A stretch of DNA of 64,000 nucleotides, from contig OX597827.1 of the NCBI GenBank assembly GCA_951406725.2, positions 49,910,001 through 49,974,000 on the forward strand, read 5' to 3'. The translations under genes and the position numbers were made by a program. Of this stretch, positions 1-12,275 are shown in pieces. The notes under the pieces were generated by a model. It saw only the letters and a program-made list of their open reading frames with translations, made no database searches and was not told the DNA's origin. The DNA comes from Octopus vulgaris. Taxonomy: Eukaryota. Position 1 is the stretch's first letter; each line of letters opens with the position of its first letter.

Positions 1-1129
1 GAAGCTGGTTCCAGGCTGTCCTACTGCATAGCACCTTGGGCTGACCAAAGCTTTGTTTGTTGATTTGGTAGACAGAAACTGAAAGAAGCCTGTTGTGTCT
101 ATATATATAAAACTGAAAATGTGTGCCTGTCTTGAGAACTACCAAACTGATTTCATTCAAATTTTATTAATGCCTTAATTAGGGTCCATGCAGTGACATG
201 GGCCAATAAAATTTTCAACTTCTTACCTAATGTGAACCTAGAGCAACCTCTTATCTTTTACACTATTTCAGTATTACATGTCAAAAGTGAAACAATAATA
301 TCTCTATTGTAATGTGAGATAATACTTTCAGTTTTAATAGTGTGGGTATATATGTATATATTTATCTATCTTATATATTTAAAGGTAAGTTGTCTGTGTG
401 CGCGTTGTGTAAACCACTTCAACTCCTACAATTTTCAACTGAATTTCACCAAATTTGACATGTGTGCTCTCTTTGACTTAGGATGCTTTTTCTTATAATT
501 TTTTCCTCAAAATTCCATGCCCCCAACATAAATTGACTACTCTCAATTCACTTAGAATTTGGCTTGAGCCAGTGCAAAAATGTGACACACCCAGCTGGAA
601 AAAACCAATACTTTATACTTTGTCGGCTGAGGCAAACTCTAATTGACTGCTTGCACAGTACTGCCAGCAGTATTCATTTGTGAGTTACGATTTGCCTCTG
701 TTTTCATGTGAGTGCTCTTTTTCATATAATTATTCTAACTTAAATTAGCAACTTCAAAACTCTTTCCCAAAATTAAAAATTCTTAATTCGGTCTGTTTGA
801 TTAACATTTTTGCCAACTACATTTTACTATTTTTTGGGTTCTACACATTCACCGCTTTTTCCTAAGGACTTTTTCTATTGTGTAAACTGATCATTTTCCA
901 CCATGCCTTGATGCAAAAGATACAATATAGGTCAGCAAACAAATGCTGCAAAGAAAAGTAACTCAGAACCATTCAGAGAAATATTTTCATGCATCTTTTC
1001 TTTGTGTCGTTCAGGAAAAGTAGATTGGTATCATTTCATACAGTTTTCCCCAATAACACTTTGGTTTACACACACACACAAAGTCTTATAATACAGAACA
1101 CCTCATACCTCTGATCCTTTCATTGTAGA

Positions 1130-1600
1130 GTATTAGCAAATCTTAATTTCAGCTTGATGACTGTTAGGTATAGTGGTTTGCTCTTAGCTAAGAAGGTCTT
1201 GATCTTTCCCCTTTTTTCCAATCTTTCTAGGCCTACCTTTTAGTTTTTATGGTTCTATGTATTGTACAATTCTACCTTCCTTTTAGTTACTTTATTCTAT
1301 GAATTGTAGAATGCCACCTTCCTTTTAGTTACTTTATACACAGATCTGATCCATCACTCACAATAGACAGTATCATAGAGACTCCTTTATGTTGAAAATC
1401 CCTATTTCCTCTTCCATCTTGTCACACATCACCGAGTGTTACTTTGATCTTACATCTGGCCAAGGGAACTTTCAGCTTCCATAGTTTCTTCTCGAGATTG
1501 TCTCATATTTTTGAGTTCAGCTAGCTCTTATCTTGAACTTGTTGATCAATGTGTCTATGTTGAAAGGTACATTGTACACCAAAGAAGAACTTAGTATTCA
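1130..1600 (-). mobile_element. Highly degraded RTE-clade LINE ORF2 3' fragment
   Basis: Minus-strand remnants RWMCDK...EEIGIFNIKES and GRPRKIG resemble the RTE C-terminal region. Many stops. Confidence 0.4.
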
Positions 1601-1887
1601 CAAGCAGTTGCCTACTCTTTGTTTATACATACTTTGTTGCTGTCAGATAAAGAGAGAGTGCTTTATCCAAGTTAAAGTACACTTTCTACAAAGCCATTAT
1701 AACTCTTTGGCAAACATAAACGCTCAACAGAAAACCATAACAAAAAATGACCATCAAACAACAAGCGCTGTTCTGCTGCCGCCGCCGTAACTCAATTTCT
1801 GTTTCGATTCATTTGCATTTGTCTGCAAACTCTTACATTATACAGATGAGAGAAAACTTTTCTTCATGAGAAGATGATAGTCTATCA

Positions 1888-2090
1888 CATATTGTTGTTG
1901 GCATCCTTTTTGTCTCAGGAGACAATGGAGTTGCGCATAAAATAATCTAGTCCAGCTTTTACATTTCATGTCCTAATACATTTCCTGCTGTGGCTATGTA
2001 GTCCTATCCTGGACAAACACTCCCTCTGGCAGGTGCCGCAAATGTAGCGAAGACTTTTCCTGGCTGGTTGTAATGTCATAGTTTCTTGTT
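1888..2090 (-). mobile_element. RTE/BovB-like LINE 3' end
   Basis: Minus strand encodes YICGTCQRECLSRIGLHSHSRKC* (C-terminal C2H2), followed by the tail ccattgtctcctgagacaaaaggatgcc(aac)n. Confidence 0.75.
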
Positions 2091-2479
2091 GATGTTTCTT
2101 GTTTCTATCACATATAACTTCTCTATAAACACCTACTACAAGCTAAAGTAAAATTGTTTTGCCACACACAACAAAATGCTCCTGTTATACTCATGTGATC
2201 AAATGGTAAAAGAACCTTAAGATAACTTACACTTGAGAAAAGCAGCAAGACAGTGGGGTGATGAGTAAATGTCTCAGTATTTAGTTCAGGTTGTTTATGT
2301 TGTATATTTAATGACAGTCCAAAACCTGTAAGCATATGAAAATAAAGACAAAATTATAAAAACAATATTTTTATCATGAATATATTAACTATGTCATGTA
2401 AAAACAGACTGCTAAAAAAGACACTTTACACAGGATAAGTAATAATAATTAGGGAGTTGGTACATAGGGCTGTCACTCA

Positions 2480-3520
2480 GGTACTTGATTTCTTACATTT
2501 GCATAAAAGCTGGTATGATTAGCCCAATTTCAAAGTGTGGACGTGTTCTACTGCTTTACCCACACAATTGTTTCTAATAATTTACTACTTACTAAGACTT
2601 TGGTTTTCGCTAGACTGACTCTAGACCTTGCTTCTGCACCTAAAACTTCTCCTCTAGTTCTGATAGTGACTCAACTATTAGAGCAAGGTCATCAGCAGAG
2701 AGAAGCTCCCGGGGGCAGCTTGTCTCGAATTCCTCTGTTATTGTTTAGTGGACTATGATGAATAAGAGGGGGCGGAGGACTGATCCGTGGTGGACCCCTA
2801 CCCCAACCCAGATTTCTTCACTATACTCATTGCCAACCCTCACCTTACTGGTCACATCCCTGTGCATAGGTTGTACAGCTCTGACTAACCACTCATCTAT
2901 GCCTAGCTTCTGCATGTTAACGAAAGCCAAGTATGGAGGTTTATTTTTGGCTAGGTATTTCTCCTGCAGCTGTCTTACCAGAAATATAGCAAAATTCCAT
3001 CTGGTCTAAACTAACTCTCTCCCTAATTAGTTGGGCTATGACCCTCTCCGTGACTTTCATTACCTGATCCAACAATTTGATATCTGTAATTATTCGTATC
3101 AAATGCATAACCTTTACCTTTGTAGCAGTTGACAATGGTGCTGCTACCAATATGACTCCTTCATGTATCACCTGACTGACTATACGGGTGATTAAGACTA
3201 TAGCTGACACCACCAGATATTTTAAGCATCTCTGAGGTGATTCCTGATAGGCCGGAGGCTTTCATTGTCTTCATTCCTTTAATTGTTTTATTTACCAACT
3301 TACTGTCAATTCGGATAGCTGGTCCCTCTGTTGGGTCGACATTTGGCAGACTCTCCCATTCATTCTCTTCATTTAGCAACCTTTCATAGTGGCATCTCCA
3401 AGTCTCTCTCTGCAGCCTCATGAAATGCAAGTGAGCCATCATCTATGTGGACATATTTCTCTCCTATGACATCATGATTCGCTCTCACACACTGTCTTGC
3501 AACACGAAACACTATGTCTT
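2480..3520 (-). mobile_element. RTE-clade LINE reverse transcriptase fragment (pseudogenised)
   Basis: ORF pieces WRCHYERLLNEENEW, KASGLSGITSEMLK, IKLLDQVMKVTERV, GVHHGSVLRPLLFIIV and ELLSADDLAL (YADD-like), with frameshifts. Confidence 0.85.
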
Positions 3521-3558
3521 TGGTTCTCATGACTTATGTGTATATATATATACATATA

Positions 3559-3690
<132 letters not shown>

Positions 3691-3704
3691 CAGACGAGTG
3701 TGTA

Positions 3705-3757
3705 TATTTTTCATCAAGTTTCAGCTCACGAGCTGTGGCCATGCTGGGGCACCGCCA
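3705..3757 (-). mobile_element. Isolated 3' tail of the CR1-like LINE (same as 38484-38535)
   Basis: Reverse complement ggcggtgccccagcatggccacagctcgtgagctgaaacttgatgaaaaa matches the tail of the LINE at 37970-38535. Confidence 0.7.
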
Positions 3758-3933
3758 TCTATATTATATATATATATACACAAATACAAGGGTGTGTATG
3801 ATCGTGTATAGAAGAATATATTAATCAAAGGAATTCCAACTTTATCTGATTTTCACATTTTATCTACAATCTTATAATAATATAAGATGATGTAATACAA
3901 TGAAATGATAGAAAATTAAATGTCCATTCTGAT

Positions 3934-3978
3934 TGAACTAGTACTTTCATGCATTAAACTACGCAATCTTCAGCTTCA
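3934..3978 (-). ncRNA. Minimal type I hammerhead ribozyme-like motif (PLE type)
   Basis: Minus strand reads tgaag-CTGAAGA-T-TGCGT(agttta)ATGCA-T-GAAAGTACTA-gttca. Palindromic AGTACT stem III; one G:G mismatch in stem I. Confidence 0.55.
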
Positions 3979-4047
3979 TATAGTAGTGGTGACAACTATG
4001 TCTTACAATTTACAACTGTAATGAGATGGCTAAAATGTGTGCCTTAA

Positions 4048-5285
4048 CCCTTCGTTACTATATTTCTGACCAAAATACACCCCCTCATGAGTTTCAATTA
4101 AATTCTAAAATAATGAATTTAGACTAATTTCATTAAACAATTGTAACTTTTTTACTTATCAACATATTAATATGATATTTGGAACATAATTAAAGAAAGG
4201 GTTCTTAATTCTATTGCATAATTTTTGTCTCAAAGTGAATTTAATTACAGGTAAATCCAGGTAAACTGAGCAAAAGGTAAAAATATTAAAATTTTGTTTA
4301 AACATCACCATAGAAAACAAATCATCAGCTGATATTCAATTGGGTATAGAAGAATTGTGCACATCACTAGATCATCGGTTGAATTTAATGCACAACAGAA
4401 CAGGTGTACCATAAAGGTAAAGTAAACTGAAATACTGGAATCCACCTAAATCCACTGCAAGTTTGACCGAACTAAAGAAATTGGTCAAAAAATAATATAC
4501 GGCCCTGGTTATGGTATAGAAGTAATAAATTTCAGACCGCATTGTACCCTAGGCCATGCTGACTAACATTATTTTCCCTGTATAAAAACTAAATCCACGG
4601 CAGTACCTAGTATTTGCTTCACAAATTTCCCAAACTTTGATCCCCCATTTCGTGGCCTTTCCTGGAATATACTGTTTGTTTACATTCTGCGTAACAGTTT
4701 GTTTCCGCAGTGATCACTTCAAACAAGCATACTAGAAAAAATAAAAGTCCAACGGTTTCGCTTCCTAAGAAAGACTATGGATATACCCCATCTCTTCAGA
4801 AAAATTGCTAATAAAAACATTTTTAAAGTTTTTACTTCATTCCAATGTAAAATTGTCTTTGCTGTCGCTATCACTGCTTTCAGTTTTGGATACAGAAATA
4901 TCCTATTCGTTCTCATACACCATGTGCTTTTGTACCTCATTCATTCTTTTTCTCAATATCTATCTCCATATTTTCCATTGAAAAACCTTTAAATTTAGAA
5001 TCACTGCTTGATAGCATGAAACTCCTATCCAAGTTGAAGAAAAATCGATGCCAAAAAAATGTGGAAAAAAATCTCCCAAAATTCACTGAGTTCAGATATC
5101 ACATCAAGCAATGTCAGATACTATAACTCAACTATTTACCAAGTGAAATCATGTATTTTCACATATGTACTAACGTGATTGGTGCTTAAATTCACATTTA
5201 AATAACAATGGGTTCTCTCGGCTGGCTACGGCTGGGTTGGTCTTATGAACCAAAAAAGTTTTTGGCCGGGTTAGTATCGAAAGGG
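4048..5285 (-). mobile_element. Internally deleted piggyBac transposon
   Basis: TTAA at 4044-4047 and 5286-5289. TIRs cccttcgttacta / tagtatcgaaaggg. Minus-strand remnant QYIPGKATKWGIKVWEICEANTRYCRGFSFYTGK (about 4572-4674) is a piggyBac transposase motif. Confidence 0.85.
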
Positions 5286-5459
5286 TTAAATACATTTGTA
5301 TAGGCTCCAGAATGTTAACTTTTGCAAATTGTATTCTGACCAATCACTGAGTGACTTCACTAAATTACTTAAGTTGGTGTTTGGTTTAGGCGTCAAGGTT
5401 TGTTGAACAAGAGACCTGTATTTTGACTGTGGCCAAAGCAGTAATTGCTTGGCTATTCT

Positions 5460-6730
5460 CGGAAATTTTTTAAACAACATTTCAGTTATCATCATTACCA
5501 TTATTATTATTATTGTTGTTGTTGCTGATGGTGGTGGTAGCTGAGGTAATAAAACTTTAACCCTTTAGTGTTCAGATTACTCTGTTAAATGTAATATTTT
5601 TTTACTCAAATTGTTTTTAATTAATCCTGCATTATCTTATAGCTTTTGAGGTTTCAATGATGTGATTGTTTATTTTTTGAATGTCAGTGTAGATTAGGTG
5701 TGAGTGGCCAGATATCACCAGTCTGAATATAAAACATATAGAATATTTGGGCTGGATATGGCTGGTTTAAACACTAAAGGGTTAAACCCTAAATAAGATT
5801 ATTTTTACTGACTTTTCTCTCAACTTAGCTAGTATTTTCCTGATATCATCATCATGAGAACCTTTACTATTATTGTTGTTAATGGTAGTGATTGTAGCAG
5901 CACACATAGTATCTCTGAGTATTATTGTTTATTTAGCTGTGTTTTGTATGTGGTGGATGGCATGACTTAAAATTCAGGTATTGCTGTGTGTCTGTGTGTT
6001 TATAGTGTATATTTGTGGTAATGGTCACGTCCTCTTTAATTAATAGGTTTAAGTTTTAAGTCCTTTGTAAATTAGAGAGATGGGTGTAGGTTGTTCAGGA
6101 TGATATTGAACTCTTCCAGAGTATTTAGAGAATCTGTCCAGATTATGAAGCAGTCCCCGAGGTATCTCTTCCATGCCTTTTCAATATAATTTCTAAATAG
6201 CTTTCCTCTACTTCTTGGTAGAGCTGTTGTTCTAAGTATCTCATTACAGAGTTCGCATAAATGGGAGCAAACCTTGTTCCCATCGCTGTGTCTTTAATTT
6301 GGATGTAATTCTTTCCATTGAAGAAGAATGTGTTGTTTTCCAGAATAAGACTGACTGTGTCTAATATAAATGGCACTGTGAATCTGTTAGAGATCACTTC
6401 TCTATGTTTTTCTACCCAGTATTTAATCACCTTTATTCCTAAATCACAAGGAATATTGGTGTAAAGGCTTACCACATCAAAACTAAGTAAAAGTGAATTC
6501 ATTTCTGTTGTTTTGGGAAGATGGGACAGGATGCTGATGTCATCCTGGATAAACTGGGTATGTAGGTACATAGTGGTTTCAAAACAATAGGTCTAAGTTT
6601 TAAGTCTTTTGGATGTAGTAATTTTATGTACTCACTCTCTTATTCTTTTACTGCATGTTGAATATCTTTTTACTTATGCATTTTCGGTAAGCCATAGAAG
6701 TTGCTGAGCTTTGGCTCGAAATTGGTGAGT
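5460..6730 (-). mobile_element. Penelope-like element, RT fragment
   Basis: ORF 6143-6571 contains LLSFDVVSLYTNIP and QIKDTAMGTRFAPIYAN, then WKRYLGDCFIIW. Paralogous to 35000-36430. Confidence 0.85.
5561..5781. mobile_element. piggyBac-type MITE inserted in a PLE
   Basis: TTAA TSD with TIRs ccctttagtgtt / aacactaaaggg. Second copy at 20466-20685. The paralogous PLE near 35115 lacks the insertion (empty site). Confidence 0.85.
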
Positions 6731-6895
6731 TGTAGTGTTTTGAAACCAGGTTATTGATCTTCTTCATGATGTGTTGGTCCATAGTTTAAGACCATGTAAT
6801 ATGGATGCAAATTTTTTTGCCAAAATGGGTGGTCACACAACAAGCCTAAATGCACCATATAGTGTAATAATTTAATGTTATTATACAATTGATTA

Positions 6896-7127
6896 AGGCG
6901 GCAAGCTGGCAGAAACGTTAGCACGCCGGGCGAAATGCGTAGCTGTATTTCGTCTGTTGTTATGTTCCGAATTCAAATTCCGCCGAGGTCAACTTTGCCT
7001 TTCATCCTTTCAGGGTTGATAAATGAAATACCAGTTACGCACTGGGGTCGATGTAATTGACTTAATCTGTTTGTCGGTCTTTGTTTGTCCCCTCTATGTT
7101 TAGCTCCTTGTGGGTAGTAAAGAAATA
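6896..7127 (+). mobile_element. SINE family A copy
   Basis: ggcggcaagctggcagaaacgttagcacgccgggcgaaatgc...ttcaaattccgccgagg...gggtagtaaagaaata; near-identical copies at 44554, 46231, 48484 and 60622. Confidence 0.85.
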
Positions 7128-7146
7128 TATATATAATTGATGAATA

Positions 7147-8503
7147 ATGGGAAAACAACGTAGCCTTAGTCCAGTCACGTGAGCAAAAATAGTATTACTC
7201 CACCAGCAAAAAGTTTCCTTTTCGAACACCAGTAAGCAACTAAAGTTCAGTAAAACAGCTTGCATGGAAGTTGTACTTGGAGACTGGTCAATATAAAGAT
7301 CGGCAAAGGACTGGCGCCCCAAGAAAAACGACAGCGCAGTTAGACCACTGAATCCACCGACTTTCAGAAGGCAACCAAATGCTGATAGCCGTTGACATAT
7401 GTAAACAATTGTCCAACGAGAATGGTGTTATTTTACACCACAAACTGTCCTTGACTTGACTTGACTTGAGACAGCATTCACCTGGGGTGGGTTGAGCTGA
7501 CTTTATTCATCCTCAATGCTGCAAGAGAATTTGGACTACATGGACGAATCACTAGGAAAAAAACCAATAATATCCGAAAGAAATCGACTCAAATGCCTTA
7601 ATTTCGCAAAAAGCCATGCTCAATGGACTACCGAAGATTGGTGTAGGGTCTTTTGGAGTGACGAGTCATGCTTCTGTATATTTGGATCAGATGGTAAAAC
7701 ATACGTCAGACGTCGCCCAACCGAGGAATTCCATCCGAAATGCATGAAAAAGGTGGGGTGGAGGTGTGATGCTGTGGGTGGCATTTAGTAGCTTTAGTGT
7801 TGGCGCTCTAGTTAAAGTTGATGGAAGGATAAATAGTGTAGGTTATATGAATCTACTAAAGGATAATGTTGTGCCATATTTGACTCACCAAATGCCTCCG
7901 GGGGTTATTTATCAGCAAGACAATAGTCCTGTGCACAAAGCCAAAAAGGTTATGGAATTTTTTGATCACCATAATATTGACGTAATCGAATGGCCTCCCC
8001 AGAGCCTGGACTTGAATCTGATCGAGAACTTGTGGAATTATGTTTCCAAAAAAGTCCATGCTCAAAAAACATCTAATGTAAAACAATTATTCGATTATAT
8101 CAATGAAATATGGCAAAACATTCCCACAGAATTTTGTAATCACTTAGCAAATTCAATGCCGAGGCGTTGTTCAGCCGTTATCAAGAATAAAGGCTACGGC
8201 ACAAGGTATTAATATGTATTTCGTTCTTGTTGCTCATTTTTGCTACAATCTTAAGCTTTAAATAAAATTATAATGATACGGTCTGAAACTAATTTTGCAG
8301 GTAAATTTGAAACGGTTATAATAATTTAGCATTAGAATTGTTCAAGTTGTATAAAAATAGTTATTGTCTACATCATTCGAAAGAGAAATAAGTTCTGCAT
8401 AAGGTGTAAAAGATAAAAATAACTTGTATGGTGTTAGTAACAAAATATTTTGTAAGAAATAGAACTTTTATCATTGGTCTTAAATATATTTTCGCCAGTG
8501 TGT
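7147..8503 (+). mobile_element. Tc1 (DD34E) transposon, degraded transposase plus 3' TIR
   Basis: MGKQRSLSP start, then FWSDES, YQQDNSPVH and WPPQSLDLNLIENLW, with frameshifts and stops. 3' TIR ggtcttaaatatattttcgccagtgtg followed by TA. No 5' TIR seen. Confidence 0.9.
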
Positions 8504-8524
8504 ATATATATATAGAGAGAGAGA

Positions 8525-8715
8525 GGGTGAATTCACGAAAAATACAAAAGACGAAGACAGGTGGTGTACAAAACAAACAGATGTATTAGTATAATGCTCA
8601 GGAATTGAAAAAGTCTTTTATGTTTCGAGCCTACACTCTTCTACAGAAAGGAACACAGAAAGAAAAAAGGAGAGAAAAAAATGTGTGTAGTGGCTACCGA
8701 TCTATCATGGCGACT
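8525..8715 (-). mobile_element. Short PLE-derived repeat carrying a hammerhead-like motif (8615-8650)
   Basis: Copy of 47303-47490. Minus strand reads cttt-CTGTAGA-A-GAGT(gtag)GCTC-GAAACATA-aaag. Flanked by (TA)n. Confidence 0.6.
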
Positions 8716-8734
8716 GATATATATATATATGGTG

Positions 8735-9225
8735 GAGTGACTTCGTCACAAACATTGAAGTCTTGGAGCGGGCCGAGATCCCCAGCATTGAAAGACATGC
8801 TACTGAAGTACCACCTCCGATGGGCAGGGCATGTCTCCAGAATGGAGAACCATCGCCTTCTTAAGATTGCCCTGTTTGGCAAACTCTCCACCGGCCACCG
8901 AGTGAGAGGAGCTCCGAGGAAGCGCTACAAAGACTGCCTCATATTAACCACCAATGCTGGTCAGACCTGGCTGCGGACCATGATGTCTGGTGTCACACGA
9001 TCTTCAACGCAGTCAGCAAGTTTGAGGAACAAAGAAGAGACGCACTTAAAGACAAGAGATGCAGGAGAAAGGCGCGAGCCACCTCTGACACCACACAGGA
9101 TGTTACCTTCGTCTGTGGACACTGCTCACGGACCTGCCTTTCCTATATCGGACTTATCAGTCATGAGCGTGTATGCACGCGACGTGGATGGCCTTCCTGA
9201 TCTTCGTTCGTGAAGCCAAGCCATG
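8735..9225 (+). mobile_element. RTE/BovB-like LINE 3' end
   Basis: LRWAGHVSRMENHRLLKIALFGKLSTGHRVRGAPRKRYKDCL and, in another frame, FVCGHCSRTCLSYIGLISHERVC. Tail tcttcgttcgtgaagccaagccatg. Confidence 0.88.
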
Positions 9226-9227
9226 GT

Positions 9228-9393
9228 TATATGGTGGGTTATGGGAATTTGTGGAAAGGTATCCCGTAAAACTCAACAAATTTGTTAAAGAGATGTTAAA
9301 ATACTTTCAAATGTCAACATCTTCTCTTCCCCATTTTTAACATGTTGAGGTTTATGGGATAACTTTTCATAAATTCAGATAACACACCATATA
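9228..9393. mobile_element. Small TA-flanked MITE with about 50-bp TIRs
   Basis: tatatggtgggttatgggaatttgtggaaaggtatcccgtaaaactcaaca is the imperfect reverse complement of tgttgaggtttatgggataacttttcataaattcagataacacaccatata. Confidence 0.7.
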
Positions 9394-9517
9394 CAAGTAT
9401 TATTTTCATATTCACTAACATATGCCAGTAAGCTACCAGTGAAATATAAATAATCTTTATTAGAAATCATTTTTTGGAACCCTCCAAATTAAAGGACAAA
9501 ATATAATTCAACCTTTT

Positions 9518-9556
<39 letters not shown>

Positions 9557-9565
9557 ACATATATC

Positions 9566-9904
9566 TGAGACCCCCATCGGTCACGACACTGACCATGGGA
9601 TTGCACCTAGAAAGTTACCCTCCCAGGCACAAGTCTGGGCAAGGTTGTTTATGGAAGACCAGCAGTCGCCCATGCATACCGGCCTCCCCTCTCCATGCCA
9701 CCAGTGTTATCCAAGGGAAAGGCAAAGGCCGATACAGCTTGGCACCTGTGACGTCGCAACTCATTTCTACAGCTGAGTGAACTGGAGCAACGTGAAATAA
9801 AGTGTCTTGCTCAAGAACACAACACGCAGCCTGGTCCGGGATTCGAGCTCACAACCTCACGATCGTAAGCTCGACGCTCTAACCACTGAGCCATGCGCCT
9901 TCAC
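9566..9904 (-). mobile_element. tRNA-derived SINE family C copy
   Basis: Reverse complement of 10917-11252. A box tggctcagtgg, B-box-like ctcgaatcc, RTE-like tail ccatggtc...gaccgatggggg. Confidence 0.88.
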
Positions 9905-10320
9905 TCACACATACATATATATGCATACATATATACATATAAATAGTAAATAATATATAGTATATATATGTTTGTATGCACATATGGGTACAGGACATCA
10001 CCAACAGTTCAAATAACATGAAATACGTAAATAAGAAAAAATGGAGAACAGGACAAGTAAACACAGAGAAAGGTCCCTTCCTCAGATGTCAGCATTATAT
10101 CTACTGCTCATTTTGAGTACTGAATGAGAACATGAATCTTCAAAGACAGTTGCTCCCATAAATTCTAAAATATAAAATTAGGTTTTATGGAGGGTCAAAG
10201 TTGGGAACAAAAACATGACAGTGGAGACATATATATATATATATATACACACACATATACATATATACATATACATACATACACATATATATATATATAC
10301 ACACACGCACATACATATAT

Positions 10321-10351
<31 letters not shown>

Positions 10352-10362
10352 CACACATACAC

Positions 10363-10860
10363 ATGATGATTGCTTCATCTTAAGAGATGATAGCCATCCC
10401 ATCAACACACACACCATCACACTGTACAATTGCTCCATTGATGTGTCCTTAGACGACGTTTAAGACCAGCTGCTGACTGACAGGGTTTAAAACACAAATG
10501 ACAGATATTATTTAAGTTTCTTCTATATTTTTGCTCTTTGGAATCTAATTCAGAAGGAATGTTTTTGTGAACTAGTATATGTCTTTTAAGTCCAGATATT
10601 GTCTTACAAGTTTTTTGACATATGACACAAGTTGTAAGAGGTGGTTGGTGTCCAAGATCATTACCTATCTGGGTATTACGATTTTCATGTGACTTCATAT
10701 GGTTCACATATCCTGCTTTTGACAACAGAACATGATCACAAAAAAACGAATCCAATGTTCACTGTTGATTACAATTCCAAATGTTCCTCTGTGATAGGCC
10801 CTTGTAAGTTCAGAGTGCTGAATCATCTTTTCCTCCTAGACATTGCAACCAGTCCTAATA
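10363..10860 (-). mobile_element. RTE-like LINE 3' end with three C2H2-like zinc fingers
   Basis: ORF 10417-10755: FFCDHVLLSKAGYVNHMKSH, CVICQKTCKTISGLKRHILVH and CHLCFKPCQSAAGLKRRLRTH. Paralog at 15139-15780. Confidence 0.75.
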
Positions 10861-10875
10861 TATACATATACATTC

Positions 10876-10916
<41 letters not shown>

Positions 10917-10918
<2 letters not shown>

Positions 10919-11252
10919 AGGCGCATGGCTCAGTGGTTAGAGCGTCGAGCTTACGATCGTGAAGTTATGAGCTCGAATCCCGGACCGGGCTGCATGTTGT
11001 GTTCTTGAGCAAGGCACTTTATTTCACGTTGCTCCAGTTCACTCAGCTGTAGAAATGAGTTGCGACGTCACTGGTGCCAAGCTGTATCGACCTTTGTCTT
11101 TCCCTTGGATAACATCGGTGACGTGGAGAGGGGAGGCTGGTATGCATGGGCGACTGCTGGTCTTCCATAAACAACCTCGCCCGGACTTGTGTCTAGGAGG
11201 GTAACTTTCTAGGTGCAATCCCATGGTCTGTGTCATGACCGAAGGGGGTCTC
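10917..11252 (+). mobile_element. tRNA-derived SINE family C copy
   Basis: gaaggcgcatggctcagtggttagagcg...ctcgaatcccgg tRNA-like head, central domain and RTE-like tail. Confidence 0.88.
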
Positions 11253-11334
11253 CGATATATATATATATATACATATATATATAACAAAGTGAAATTGTAA
11301 GGTACCGCACGAGTGGAAATATATATGAAAGAAG

Positions 11335-11545
11335 GTTTGAAAATGCAATTTTAAAAGATGTTTATTCACTTGACTGGTTTCACTGTTTTAGAAAAAGATT
11401 GTCAAAAGTAAAATGTAAAGCTTTGTTGCATTAAGTACTGGTTGTCACGAAATGTTACAATACATACATACATTCTTTGATAATAGTAAGAAAATGTTAA
11501 AAACCAGTTTACAAGGAAATATATTGAGAAAATATTAAACAAAAA
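11335..11545 (-). repeat. PLE-terminus-like repeat, inverted partner of 12255-13490
   Basis: Reverse complement matches 13310-13490 and 12255-12272. Contains a decayed hammerhead scaffold actt-TTGACAA...GAAACCAGTC-aagt. Confidence 0.6.
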
Positions 11546-12275
11546 TTTCAATAAAAATATTACGATTTCATTAAAAATCATGTTTGTTTGGAAGTATCTA
11601 TCTATCTATATATATATATATATATATATACACAGAAAGGTATTAGTTCAAAACAGTCATATTTGGTAGTATATATATATACACAGGAGATATATTTAGG
11701 AGTTTACAAAGAATTTGAGATGAACTGACCTGTTTTAGCATTTTTAACCCATGCTAGCATGGAAAACGGACACTAAATGATGATGATGATGATGATGATG
11801 TGAAGCTAAAGGTTGTTTACTATTTTAAGGTACAGTGTGGGAGGTTGGTTTGGGTGGGTGGAAGGAAGAGCAACGTAGAATTGAAAGGATTTTTTTGTTT
11901 CTCTTTCATGGTTGGTCTTTCATGGCTAGTCTTTTATGGTTCAGTGATTTTTGGGACTGGTCTTAGAGGTCAGAATGGTGTGAGTGTGTGTCTGTGTGTG
12001 TGTGTGTGTATATACATGTGTTTGTGTTTGTGCGTGTGGGCCATTTTTGATTGGTCCCAGAGTTTATTGTGCAGTATGTAAATGTGTCTGTGTGTGTGTT
12101 TTATATTTGGTAGGATGGTGTGTGTGTATGTGTGCACATTTGTGTGTGTGTGTATGCGTGTGATTAATATTTGTTAGGGTGTTGTGTGTACGCAAGTGTG
12201 TGTATGTGTTTGTTTGCATGTGTGTATGTGCGCGTCTGAGGGTGCTTGTGTATTTTGTTTAATATTTTCTCAAGA

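Noticed and set aside
10417-10755. Host C2H2 zinc-finger gene
   Set aside because: It lacks TGEKP linkers, is duplicated at 15139-15780 and is attached to RTE C-terminal sequence and a LINE tail.
10920-10990. tRNA genes at SINE B and C heads (also 9835-9900 and 49819-49885)
   Set aside because: A and B boxes are present but the cloverleaf is imperfect and continues into SINE body and tail sequence repeated in the window.
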